Shown here: positions 24,181 through 36,760 of the stretch, piece by piece
How the letters are laid out: the number at the start of each line of letters is the position of its first letter
Position numbering within the stretch: the stretch's first letter is position 1
From: Octopus vulgaris
Lineage: Eukaryota
Length of the DNA: 64,000 bases
Assembly (NCBI GenBank): GCA_951406725.2
Contig: OX597816.1
Coordinates: 111,848,001-111,912,000 of the forward strand
Direction: 5' to 3'
Program-made: the position numbers and the translations under genes
Notes under the pieces: generated by a model
The model's database searches: none
Told to the model about the DNA's origin: nothing
Seen by the model: the letters and a program-made list of their open reading frames with translations, nothing else

Positions 24181-27100
24181 TTTCAACAACAACAGAATAA
24201 TAATGCTTCAATATGGTCTTAACTATAATGGACACAAGAAACAAAAGAACTAAGTAATAACAAAATTTTAGGTAAAAACAAGCTAAATGTCTATGTGAAG
24301 TGTGTACTCTGCTAAAGGCACCCAAGGAGCAAGGTGGTGTTGTTAATATGTATGTGACAGATTAAGTCTACCACCAAGTAGGACATAGTGAGATTTGAAC
24401 TTAGAATGAAAAAACAAAACTTGAGCAAATATGGCAAAGTATCCACTATCTTGAAATGGTACTTTTTTATATTGCCTTCAAAAGTATGAAATTAATGCTG
24501 ATACTTCATTAGAATTTGAACTCAGGGTGTAGAGAACCAGAACATATATCATGTGGCATTTCTACCCATCCCACCTGCAATATTGCTAATTTATTACCTG
24601 GAAGTTATTACTGCCTTGTTAGCAGTTACCCCTTTATTAAAATTGTATCCTACAACTTGAAGAATTACTGTACAGTAACCTTGCACCAAAGAAAGAAAAT
24701 GTATATTTGATAGGAAAACCTTCTTCAGCAAATACCATATAGTATTTAAATGGAGGACCAAATGCTTGAAGTCCCTAATCATAAACCAATATGACACTAA
24801 ATAAGTTGGTAGAACCACAGCTGGAATGTTAATTGAATGCTGAAGTTTGATATAACTGCATGTCTGATATTCAGGTCTTTTGAGTGGCACTTCAATTTTT
24901 GATCACAGATCTCATACTTCTCATCTAGAAACCCTCTCAAATATACTTAAGGATTCAAACAAAAATTTATGCAGTTGTTTCTGCGTGAGAAGCTTGTGAA
25001 GACCTACTGCAAGCAATTCTCTTGCATGGTTCTGTGTTTAAATATTTAAAAAATCTGTAACAAAAAACTGCTATTCCTAATGTGAGCAGACCTCTAGACA
25101 GTTTCTCAATCTAACTAGTTTTATATCCTACTATGTACATGCAACCATATCAAATGGTGAAGATTTTTTCAATAGGTATGAAGTCATACAACATAGGATA
25201 TGTAAAAACAAAGCTATGTATTCATAAATGCAAGTTTGTAAAGATATTGCATGCATATATAAATACTAGAACTGCATGTGAATAATGGATGGTTATTGTG
25301 TAATGCTGATATATCACATTTATGTTCTTACATATATATTCTCTTTCTTAGGTTTATTTTGTATCTTAAGGGCATATCCTCACCACCTCTATCTCTATCT
25401 CCCTCAACCTCTTTCTCTCTCTCCCTCCCCTTCCCTCTCTTTTTCCAGCTGGAAAAACTATGTATCTTCTCTTTAGCAAGACACCTGTTCCTGTCCCTCA
25501 ATTATACCCTCTCCTTCCTCAAAACAATTCCCCCCCCCTCATTTGAAGAGTCTTCTCATGTGAATTACTCAGTGACTTCACTAGTGTCAGTACCATGCAT
25601 CCTGTACTTTGTGCAAAGTGGTTGGCATCAGAAATCATGCCAGAGGAGACGTTGGTTCTCAGAGCAGTCTTCTAGCTTGTCAGTTTCTGTTCAGCTGTCC
25701 AACCTATGCCACTATGGAAAATGTACATTAAGCAATGACGGAAATGGTGATGATGATATATATATATAATATAATGGGGATGATATATAATGTTGATATA
25801 TAATGTGATTTTGAATGTTTTTGCATTTTCTCTACATGCATAAATACACATATATATACATACATATACACAAACACATGATACTATATAAAAGTGGGCA
25901 GTGTGAAAGACTAGGATGATTGTATGTACAAATATATATGTGTGTGTGTGTGTATTTAAATATAGCTAGGTGTGTGTGAATACATGCATATGTATGTGCA
26001 TAATTTCACATGTATATTGTATTGGTATGTATGCATGCATGTGTATTTGTGTGAAAGAGCATGTGTCATGTTCTTAAATTTCAAATCTATGATTAATAAC
26101 CAGTTTGGCCTTTCCAATGTATCAGATTTGGAGATCAGTGTCAAAGTTAGATTTCATGATGTACTCAATAGAGATAAAACTTTCAAGAGTTATATAATGC
26201 CACAATATAAGAGGATGAATTAGTAAATAGTATGTATCAGTTGTCTGAGATTTTCAGAACACCTGAAGCTAAGAATTATCTGTAGAACAGACAGGTCCAA
26301 AAATAAAATTTAAATGTTCAATGGTAGAATTAAAAGAGTTCTTGAAATAGAGAGAAAAGTAGAGTACATTATAATTATAGATGTATTCTGCAAGGATTGG
26401 CAGACACAGAAAAGCACCAGACTAAGTGTCTCATAGTATTTATATTCCTAAAACCAATAGTGGCCAAAATAATAGAGTCATATATGGTATTTAGTTTCTT
26501 CTGTATGCATTCTGATTTCAAATCCTAACCAGATCAGCTTCCTCACTCTGATGTCAAAAATAAATAAGTAAATTAATAAATACTGGTCATTGACTAAATG
26601 TTATTATGGTGATTAAATACAATTTTCTATAAATGTGTAAGCCTTGTACTAATATAAGAACTCAAAATTAGGATTATTCTTAAAATCGATGAATTAGAAT
26701 TGTGTAACATTTAGGATTTTTATTTTCTTTCTTCTGCAGTTTTTTTTCCTCTGTACCATATTTCAGATAAATGATAAAATATTATGTTACCATGCAGTTT
26801 TCTAATTTTCCTGCTTAATAGATTTCCATATCTAAACTATCGAGTGCTGTTTTAAGATTCTTCTCTAGATTTATCAAGAAAATAAACACTGAGATGGCAG
26901 TTAAATATTCTGTTGCCTTAAATATTAACCAAATATGTAGATATAAACTGAAGAATGACATTACAGCTTGCAAAATATTCAGGTGCTTTGAAAATTGTGC
27001 AATAGTCTTTTATTTTATGTATGTTTTTTATTTTTACTTTAGAGTAGATTTATTAATTCCAAACATTTCTCACATTACACAAGTGATATTTTGTTTACGA

Positions 27101-28324
27101 GAAAACTTATTCTAAAATAAGGAATAGGAATATTTGCCTGAAACAGTACAAGATCATTGGATTTCTCACTTGGTTTTGCTTTGTTCATATTTCTAGATAA
27201 GTTTAAGAGACATAGCTATCCAACATTTATACGATTCTCAAATCTGTGAAAATCTAGTTGAGAGATATTTTAGGTTTAAATAATCTGATACATTTTATTG
27301 GAAATGTAACTGTTCAATCCATGGCAACTGTAAAACTTTAGCAACAACAGTCATATGTTGAGAGAAAAATAAGGTTTATTGAACAGTTCCATGAGAAATA
27401 GTTTTGTCTTGTTTTTGTTGTCTTTTCATTTCACAACTGCAAAAACCATTCTAAACAGTAAGAACATAAATTTTGCAACAGTAAGTTCAGTTAGTATACA
27501 TAACATAAGAGACCAAAGTAAACCATAAAGAACATTTCTGAACTGTCATTAATATTTATGAACATTCAGAATTTTGCTTAGATGCCCATACATAAATGTG
27601 TATGGATTTATGCAGATCCAGAGACACCGAGATGTACATTAATATTGAAAAATGCAATTCAAATACACACTCGCACACATATATTTATGCACACTCACAC
27701 ACCACACACACACTTGTGTTTGTTTGTGTGTGTATGTAGAAAGAGAGAGAGAAAAATTTTTATATTTATATAAAGCTATCAACATCAAAATCTTGTTAAT
27801 ATGTTCTGAGAAAGAAAATGAATTCCTCAGCATTGCATTTCAAATGTTCATTTCATTGTTAGTACAATGTATATTGAACTAAGTTGACTTCCTTGCTTGT
27901 TAATATATTTCTCTATTTTTATTTCATATATTCACATATTCATTTATTCAGTTATTTAAATATTTTATTGAAAGATCATTCAGTTTAATTATAATTGTAA
28001 TACACTGTTATAAAACAATAACTAAATAACAGTTTCAACAGCCTTAATGGTTTTGTAACTATCAAATGAAAGTATATATGACTATATGTGTTTGTGAAGA
28101 AGTGTGCATGTGTGAGTGTGTGGCTAGTGAAAGCATTATTATACAGAGTTCAATAGAGAATCTTAATGATTTTGTTTTTTTTTTTAATGAATGCAATGTT
28201 GACCAGTGTAGGATAGTAACTGCTTATTGTCAACAGAGCAATGCATCCCATTCCTAAATATATAAATAACACATAAGTAACTTTACATTTAATTTTGAAA
28301 ACACCATTCAAAAGGCAACAAGAT

Positions 28325-28530
28325 GACAAACTCATTAGCCTGTTGGACAAAATGTTCGGTAGCATTTCATTTGTCCATACATTCTGAGTTCAAATTCCAC
28401 CAAGGTTGACTTTGTCTTTCATTCTTTCAGGAATTGATGAAATAAGCACCATTCGAGCACTGGAGTCATATTATCAATTAATCTCCTCCCCCAAATTTTC
28501 AGGCCTTGTGCCTATGATAGAAAGGATTAT
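28325..28530 (+). mobile_element. SINE family A-related, diverged
   Basis: ATTCTGAGTTCAAATTCCACCAAGGTTGACTTTG core; 3' end GGCCTTGTGCCTATGATAGAAAGGATTAT matches the variant at 23970. Confidence 0.7.
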
Positions 28531-28544
28531 AAGTATTATCTTGT

Positions 28545-28830
28545 ATATATACATGTAGCCTAGCCTGGAACTTCTGTATTGCATACTGCATGGTGTCTTG
28601 AGGTATAGCCTTTATTTTCCCAATGGCAGCTTTCATTTCATCTGACAAGTGAGCTTTACTAATGAACACTTTCCCTTTGAGGTTGTCCAAAAGAAATAAT
28701 CACAAACTAAAAGGTTAGGGTAGCCAATCAGGTCGTGCTTACTGCACTGGGAGATGAGTGATTAGTAAACATATCTTTAATAACATTTATGAAGCTCTTG
28801 TTGTACACCACAGCCACACCATTTCAATTT
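28545..28830 (-). pseudogene. Tc1/mariner-superfamily transposase C-terminal remnant
   Basis: LDNLKGKVF..EMKAAIGKIKAIPQDTMQYAIQKFQARLHVYIQ resembles the WGYLK.KV..L...I...I..I....L.......RL C-terminus. Confidence 0.55.
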
Positions 28831-29181
28831 GGTAAATAGTAATGAGTAATATAAACACATAACAAACAGATGCTTACACTCTTCAAAGGATTTCGGACCT
28901 ATTACAAGAAAATTTGTGACACAGCACAATACTTTTGCATATTCACGTTGAAGGGGATCCTCATGAGGTTATCATGGATTGCTGTGCATCTAATATGAGG
29001 GCCATAATGATACAACAAGGCAAGAGAGGGAGATATGCATTTCCTCACTCATAAAATAAACCAGATTGCCAGTTCATATTCTGATTATGTTTCCTATAAA
29101 CATTTCCAAGCATTCCCAATTTTCAGTCTTTATTAATTATTGACTGCCAAAATTGTAATTATTAAGATATACATATGTATA

Positions 29182-29213
<32 letters not shown>

Positions 29214-29557
29214 ATTTCTCTCGCTCTCTCTCACACACACAATTATTAACTAATAATTCTTATTTATACCATCTGTTTAAATCTATATTTATAAGCAGCG
29301 GTGTTTGTCTGGTTGTCCTGAAGCAATTCTGCAGTTTCTCAAAGAACTTCTATCAAAATTTACATAAATTTCCAAAATCATCCAAGAATAATGTATGAAG
29401 AAAAAAAATGGGGTTTGAAGGTCTCCCTGGAGCCATATTAGAACATTTTGTTATACACATACACTACACACACACACAGATACATACCTTTGAGCATGGC
29501 AAAATGTCACCATGACAACAACAGTAAATAGATGTCATTATTGCACATAAACAGAAG

Positions 29558-29760
29558 AGGCAAGCTGGCAGAATCTTTAGTACATTGGACAAAATGTGTA
29601 GCCACAAATCTTCTGGCTCTTTGTTTTCAGTTCAAATACTACCAATGTCACCTTTTGCTTTCGACCATTCAGAGTTGATATAATAAAGTACCAGTCAAAT
29701 ACAGAAATCAATGGAATCCTTATCCCTAAAATAGCTAGCCCTGTGCTAAAATTTGAAATA
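29558..29760 (+). mobile_element. SINE family A-related, old
   Basis: AGGCAAGCTGGCAGAATC head, GTTCAAAT B-box, ATAAAGTACCAGTC core. Confidence 0.6.
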
Positions 29761-30591
29761 ATTATGATACATAGACAGTCTTTCAGTTTCTACATTTTCA
29801 TTGAATATTTCATTCATTATAATATAAAATTTAAATGATATGAATTATATAATTTAAATGATATAATTTAAATGATATAAATTAATTTAAAAAAATATAA
29901 ACTTGTTTCTTCACATATATATGTATGTATCTATCTATATTCTCTTCTACTTTTAATTATTTGAATTCTTCCTCTAAGAAAGAAGTTGGTTTCTAATAAA
30001 GATACAAATCTCCCTCAATGGAATGTTGATGACAAAAATAATATCACATTTTAAACTTGAAAACGTTTATGCATATTTTTACTGTTCCACTTACAGATTC
30101 TATTTGTAATGTGCAAGTTAGTTGGTTAACTTTTTGAAAACCCTAGCTTATCCAAATTGTCACCTTGGCATTTACTCACAAAATCAAGTGCACTGATTAT
30201 TATTAGTATAAATGTGAATATATAATCCAGATATAGAAGCTGGAGGTTTCAATGCAGTTGTCCATAGTTAACTGCTTTCTCTTTGAGTTTGAAAGAGATA
30301 TTTACATCAGCAGGCTAGCTGACCTCAATGTCAGTACATACGTTCTTGGTTTGTCACAAACAACAATATTCAGCCTGTTATGTTTACACTTGATGTTTTG
30401 ATTGGATGTTCCACCTGTATTCCTAGTGTTGATGTTTGTGTATGTATTCAATAACAGGGGAGTTCTTTATATATTTCTCCTACATCTGTCTTGCTGTGAA
30501 GGTCATATCCATAGTAACACAACCAGAAGGGAAGTCACATTGTGATTCATACAGGACAACTTTTATTCAGGCAGGAAAGAATACTTAATAC

Positions 30592-30797
30592 AGTTCTATA
30601 TTTAAGAGATGAGGAATTATGTACATTATTTACATTATTTACATTCAACAGATATTTGTCCTCATCTTGTTTGTTGTTAACACAACGTTTCAGCTGATAT
30701 ACCCTCCAGCCTTCTTCAGGTGTCTTGGGGAAATTTCAAACCTGGGATCTCATTCCTAAGGTATTCTTCGATGTTATTATTATTATTTTTATGATTA

Positions 30798-30835
<38 letters not shown>

Positions 30836-30901
30836 GTTCAGGTCACTGCTTGGAATCGAACTCAGAATCTTGGGGTTAGTAGCCCACACTCTTAACAACT
30901 G
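30592..30901 (-). mobile_element. tRNA-headed SINE-like element with internal (AAT)n and a hammerhead ribozyme
   Basis: Minus strand: partial tRNA head with GGG-CTACTAA-CCC arm and B-box GAGTTCGATTCC (30845-30901), (AAT)n spacer, hammerhead at 30679-30724, 3' tail with TGTAAATAA repeats. Confidence 0.7.
30679..30724 (-). ncRNA. Minimal type I hammerhead ribozyme (Penelope-type)
   Basis: GACAC-CTGAAGA-A-GGCTG-GAGGGTATAT-CAGCT-GAA-ACGT-T-GTGTT: stem I GACAC/GTGTT, intact CUGANGA and GAAA cores, stem II GGCTG/CAGCT, palindromic stem III ACGT, GUU cleavage triplet. Confidence 0.7.
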
Positions 30902-30914
30902 TAAATAATGTAAT

Positions 30915-32205
30915 TAAAGAAGAATATTTGCCAGAAACTTGTCATAGCTGAGGGTACAGCAATACTTCTATGATTGTCACACTTTATTCTGGCAACCTTT
31001 CTTTTATAAAGAGGAAGGATAATTGCATCCTTCCAGTCACTGGAGACAGCAACATCCCCCCAGTCTATGCCTGTGAAGTTTCTGTTCAATATGGTTACCA
31101 CCAAAGTGCAAGACCTCAGTGCAAATTCCACCTTTACCAGGTACTTTAGCAAGATCCACCTTACTTATTACTGTTACTACCTCGTCTATTGAGGGTGAGG
31201 AGTCCAAGGTGCTGACGATAGGTCTTTGCTGAATAGTGGCAATTACAGCACCATCTGCAACTGACACACAGTTTAGAAGTTCAGAAAAAATGTTCACTCC
31301 AGTGACCTGTGATTTCTGATGATTTAGTAAGTAGGGTAGCAACCTCTTGGAAAAGCAAAGGAACTAATACAGAACTTTTAAGACCAGAAGCTAGTGGATA
31401 GAACTTCTTGCTGTCATTTGCATCACCAGCTGCTTCAATATCACAAGTAAGACTTTCCCACCAGGTGTCCTGCATCTTTGTGAGTGATCGATGTAGTAGA
31501 GATTTTTTATTCTTATGATGGGTAAGTGCTAGGTTCTGCTGCACAAATGATAGCTTTTTGTGCAATAATACATTGCAGGCATTGCACTTTGCGTATAGGA
31601 GTCTCTGAACCACAGTATCCTTTTCATCAAACCAATGCCTATGGTTGGCTGTAGAATAATGATTCTGAAATTCTTTCCTCACAGTAGAATCATATATCTT
31701 ATGGACATCCAAATGCTGAGGAATCCCAGCTAGCCCTCTTCCCTCCTTTACTCTGATTACCATCCAGATCCTTGCCCACACCAAGCAGTGGTCTGTCCAG
31801 TACTCTGATCCATGAAAGACTTGACATTACAAATGTCAGAGATATCATGCTTGCAGATGATAACATAATCCAGAAAGTGCCAAACCTTAGACCTTGGGTG
31901 CATTCATGTTGTTGTGAGATCATCTCTGTGTGTAAATTAAGTGCTTGCAATGTAAAGGCCATATTCATCACAAAGCTCTAGGAGTATGAGACCCTTGCTA
32001 TTCATCTTCCCTACACCAAAACACTCAAGAGAGTTCAATGTTTGCCCATCTGTTCCAACACTAGCATTGACATTCGAGAATGATTTTGTCTGACTTGGGG
32101 ATTTTACGGATTACAGCTTTCAGCAAGGCATAGAATGTTGTTTTATCTTCATCAAAACTGGCCAGAGTAGGTGTATAGCACTTATCAGTGTAGCATCTCC
32201 TTGTA
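30915..32205 (-). mobile_element. RTE/BovB-like LINE remnant (APE endonuclease through start of RT)
   Basis: YTPTLASFDEDKTTFY..IPKSDKIIL, HPRSKVWHFLDYVI, HRHWFDEKD, DWKDAIILPLYKRK..CDNHRSIAV; many frameshifts. Confidence 0.85.
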
Positions 32206-32238
32206 CATGTGTGTGTGTGTGTGTGCATGTGTATACAA

Positions 32239-32281
<43 letters not shown>

Positions 32282-33166
32282 TATAGGGAGAATTAACAAA
32301 AAAAAAACAAAAGACGAAGACAGGTGGTGTAGACAACAAACAGATGTATTAGTATAATGCTCGGGAAGTGAAAAAGTCGGAAGTGAAAAAGTCGCACAAC
32401 AACGTTTTTCAAATTCCATCCATGAAGTCTACTCACAAGGCTTCGTTTAGCCTGAGGCCATAGCAGAAAACTAGGAGACACTTACCCAAGATGCCAAGTA
32501 GTGGGACTGAACCAGTAACCATGTGGTTTGGAAGCAAAATTCTTACCACATGGCCACACCCAATCCTTTGTTGATGGAATTGAACAAAAAATGTATTCCT
32601 TGTTGAGTTGTTAGCTTTTAATTTCTATATCTCACCATTATCATCATTATTATTTAACCATCCACTTTTCCATGCTCACATGGATGAGATGATATTTCTG
32701 TTGATGAAAATGAGTTTCTTAAGTCAATTCCTTTTTGCCATAAAAAAAAAAAGAGCAATATCAAAACTTCATCTGTTAAACACATACAAATTATTCTGTT
32801 ATTTGTTTAATGTTAATATGGTTGGTTACTTTTTTTTTCTTATCTTTTCTTTTTATTTTTCATGTCAGAGTTCTCGTAGTGACTTGTACAATGTATGAAG
32901 GATTCTGAGTCAGAATCTCCTGACTATAGTCACAGAAAAGTGAAGAGATTACTTCTAACTTCCTCAACAGCCAAACACTTCACTTTCATACTTCACCTTA
33001 AACCACTTCCTTTAAACATTAAGTGTTTACCCAGTATTATGTATTATGTGCTTGCCAGTATTGCTGTATGTGAATATGTATACATAAACATGCCAATACA
33101 TATACACATACACATACAATCACACTGATATATGTATACATATATATATGTATGTACATATATGTG

Positions 33167-33197
<31 letters not shown>

Positions 33198-33221
33198 TTG
33201 TGTGTGTATATGTATTTGTGT

Positions 33222-33490
33222 GGAGGCCAATGGACTCGCGGTCGGAGGATCGCAGTTTCAATTCCCAGACCAGGCGTTGTGTATGTTTATTGAGCGCAAA
33301 CACCTAGAGCTCCATGAGGCTCCGGTGACCCCTGTTGTACTCTTCCGCACCAACTTTCTCACACTCTTTCTTCCTGTTTCTTGGGTAATGCTGCAATGGA
33401 CTGGCATCCTGTCCAGCTGGGGGGGGAACACATACGCCACAGAAACTGGGAAACTGGGCCCATGAGCCTGCCTTGGCTTGAAAAGGGCAG
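33222..33490 (+). mobile_element. tRNA-derived SINE, family D (5' partly deleted)
   Basis: GGACTCGCGGTCGGAGGATCGCAGTTTCAATTCCCAGACCAGG and GAAACTGGGAAACTGGGCCCATGAGCC shared with 52108-52360. Confidence 0.75.
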
Positions 33491-33961
33491 AAAAAAAAAT
33501 TTGCATTTGTATATAATGTGTAAGTATATATATATATTTGGATAAATATATATGTAATATAGGTGATATATATAATTACACCTACACATATCAAATGCAA
33601 ATACATGTGTATACGTATGTGGATATACATGTATATATGTATTTATATATATGTTTGTATGTGTATGTATATATACATATATACATACACATGTATATAT
33701 ATATATATGTGTGTGTGTATATATATATATATATACACAGGCACATACATATATATACTCAGATGCACATAAGCATTTATGGAGATATAAACATATATCG
33801 ATGGGTATATATTACAGATATACATATCGTGTGTGTGTGTATGTTGCATCTTGCAGGGACCTTGACATCAATAGACTGCATTAATTCATGACTTGAAGTT
33901 CAGAACTTTGGCCCCTCAACCCAGGCATCAGGAAATTAGCAATAACATTGTGCATATGTAG

Positions 33962-34007
<46 letters not shown>

Positions 34008-34209
34008 TCATCATCATCATCATCATCGTCTAGCATGGAAAACGGACGCTAAACGATGATGATGATGATGATGATGATGATGATATATATATATATATTA
34101 TATATATATAAATATATGCAGAAAGAAAGAGAGAGAGTGACATAGATATGCTTATGTCCATACACAGATATGTATGTATGTCCCACCATGCCAGCATGAA
34201 AGGTAGACA

Positions 34210-34299
<90 letters not shown>

Positions 34300-34948
34300 T
34301 TATATATAAAGAGAGAGACGTATCTATACACATATTTATACATACATAGAGAGAAAGAGAGAGGCAGTGAACATATCATGTTTATTGACAGATGTATGCC
34401 TGTTTGTGTATTTGTGTGTGTGTGTGTGTGTGCATTCATGCGCATACATGTGCACATTTCTATCTGTCTACAGAAACATAGATAAACTGATGAATGCTAG
34501 ATATAAATTTATATATATAATTTCTTTATTTACCATCGTATAATATTGATCAAACATCAATCACCCACATATATATATTTATTCATATGTGCTTTATTTA
34601 TTTTGTCTGTTTGTATGTGTATATGTATTTATGTATATAAATGTGTAAATATCAATAAATTTAGAGGACTAATGTAGATTTATTTGATTTTTCAGACAGT
34701 AAAATTAATTAGCTTCATCCTAATGAACTTTGATTTTATTCATACAATGGCTCCATACAACTGTGTAGGAACAAATTGGTTTTGTATGGCACATGCATTA
34801 CTGCTATTCTGCTTATTATTTATTACTTTTTGTTTTGTTTTGGGTTTTTTTTTTCAAGATTTTGGCATATTTATTTTAAACTGAATATTGATGAATTAAA
34901 AACTTACAATTCATACACATTCATGTAGAGGGTTATATTTGTGTGTGC

Positions 34949-34983
<35 letters not shown>

Positions 34984-35758
34984 GTTGTAATATGCCCTGT
35001 CACGCTAAATGGAGTGTTTGACAATCCATTTCATCACTAGTGTATCTGAATGTTTGCTGAAATTTTTTACTTGAACGACAACTTGATTATGGTGCTGTGA
35101 TGTTCATCTGTTCCACAAGAATATTCACAGTGTCTAAAACTCTATTTGCCAGGAATATATCACCCTCTTCAGTAATCAACAAACATTGCTACGTATAGAA
35201 TTGGCCAAAATGCCCATTCAATTTTTGTCAACACTAAACTTCAAGTATTCTAAGTAGCTAACTCCAGTCTGTCCCTTGTGCATTGCACTCATTAGATAAT
35301 TGACATTTCAATGTAGTTTGACACAAACTTGCAATGAGACAGGTTGTATTTTGTATGTTTGGGATTACTCTGAAACTGAAGAAAGAAAGAATACATTAAG
35401 CTTTATAGTACACCGATAAATGGGCTATGGAATGACCTGCTGTGATGAAGTGGGTGGCAAAGGGATGGTCTGGTATGAAGTGAGTTTCAAAAGTAATCAG
35501 CAAAGCAACGGCCTGATTTCTTCAATGCAAGGTGCTCTGCAAAGTTTGAAGATAATACAATATATGAGGTTTAAAGATGTGCAACAGAGCAGAAGTTTTG
35601 AGTATTCTAGTATATTTATGTTTCTAGGGTCTATCTATAATTATATAAATGCATGCATGAAACCACACATTGGTACTTATATATCCAGATAAATGCATAT
35701 ACATCATGCATTTTTCTGGTTAGATATGGGATTATTAATACACACATACATACGTATA

Positions 35759-35825
<67 letters not shown>

Positions 35826-35828
<3 letters not shown>

Positions 35829-36033
35829 CTGGCAGAAACGTTAGCGCGCCAGGCGAAATGCTTAGCGGTATTTCGTCTGTCGTTACGTTCTGAGTTCAAA
35901 TTCCACCGAGGTCGACTTTACCTTTCATCCTTTCGGGGTCGATAAATAAAGTACCAGTTTCGCATTGGGGTCGATGTAATCGACTTAATCACTTTGTCTG
36001 TTCTTGTTTGTCCCCTCTTGTGGGTAGTAAAGA
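35826..36033 (+). mobile_element. SINE family A, little diverged, inserted in (TA)n
   Basis: CpG-rich near-consensus copy between two (TA)n tracts. Confidence 0.88.
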
Positions 36034-36336
36034 AATATATATATATATATATATATACAAGCAAACTAGCACAAATGTGAAATGTTACAACACATAGACA
36101 GAAATTCAAAAGATGTTGAAGAAAATGTAAACACAAAAAGAATTAACAATAAAAGTTTGTACAGGTATTTGTTCAGAAATAAAACAGAAAAAAAGAAATG
36201 AAGCAGGTTGTTGTGTTGTGTGGACTCTTTATCAAAGTAGAGTAAACAGTGGATAAAAGAAATGATACTTATGTACATACATATATCATCAACATTTGAT
36301 ATCCATGTTCCATGCCAGTATGGCTTTGGATAATCA

Positions 36337-36394
<58 letters not shown>

Positions 36395-36396
<2 letters not shown>

Positions 36397-36760
36397 CATC
36401 ATCATCATTATCATTTCACATGCATTTTTTATGCTAGCATGATTTAGATGACTTGACAGGAGTTGGCAAGTCAGAGAGCTGCACCAGTCTCCAATTTTCT
36501 GTTTTGGCATGGTTTCTATATCTGAATGCCCTTCTTAATGCCAACCACTGTACAGAGGTTACTGGGCGCTCCTTACGTGACACCAGCACAGGTGCTTTTT
36601 AAGTGGCCCTGCCATAGGTACTTTTTATGTGGCATCAGGACAGCATGGTCTCCAAGTAGCTTGGGACGCAAAGACCTCTTAATAGAGAGAAGCTGTGGAA
36701 CAGAGTGAAGTAGCTTTGTGCCAGGACAGAGGTTAGAGTATAATAGAGAGACAGAGAAAG
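36395..36760 (-). mobile_element. RTE 3'-UTR-derived short repeat
   Basis: (CAT)n tail, ATGCCCTTCTTAATGCCAACC box; distal part matches 38940-39045. Confidence 0.7.

Noticed and set aside
24690-25000. CR1-like RT remnant on the minus strand
   Set aside because: Only vague motif resemblance (FKHLVLHLNTIW); too decayed to support
29281-29460. Helitron-like 5' end (ATCTATATTTATAAG..GTTTGTCTG)
   Set aside because: No second copy or 3' terminus visible in the window
33037-34457. Many ORFs rich in Y/I/C/V/H/T (also 48339-48778 and 60017-61655)
   Set aside because: Artefacts of (TA)n, (TG)n and (CATA)n tracts that lack stop codons
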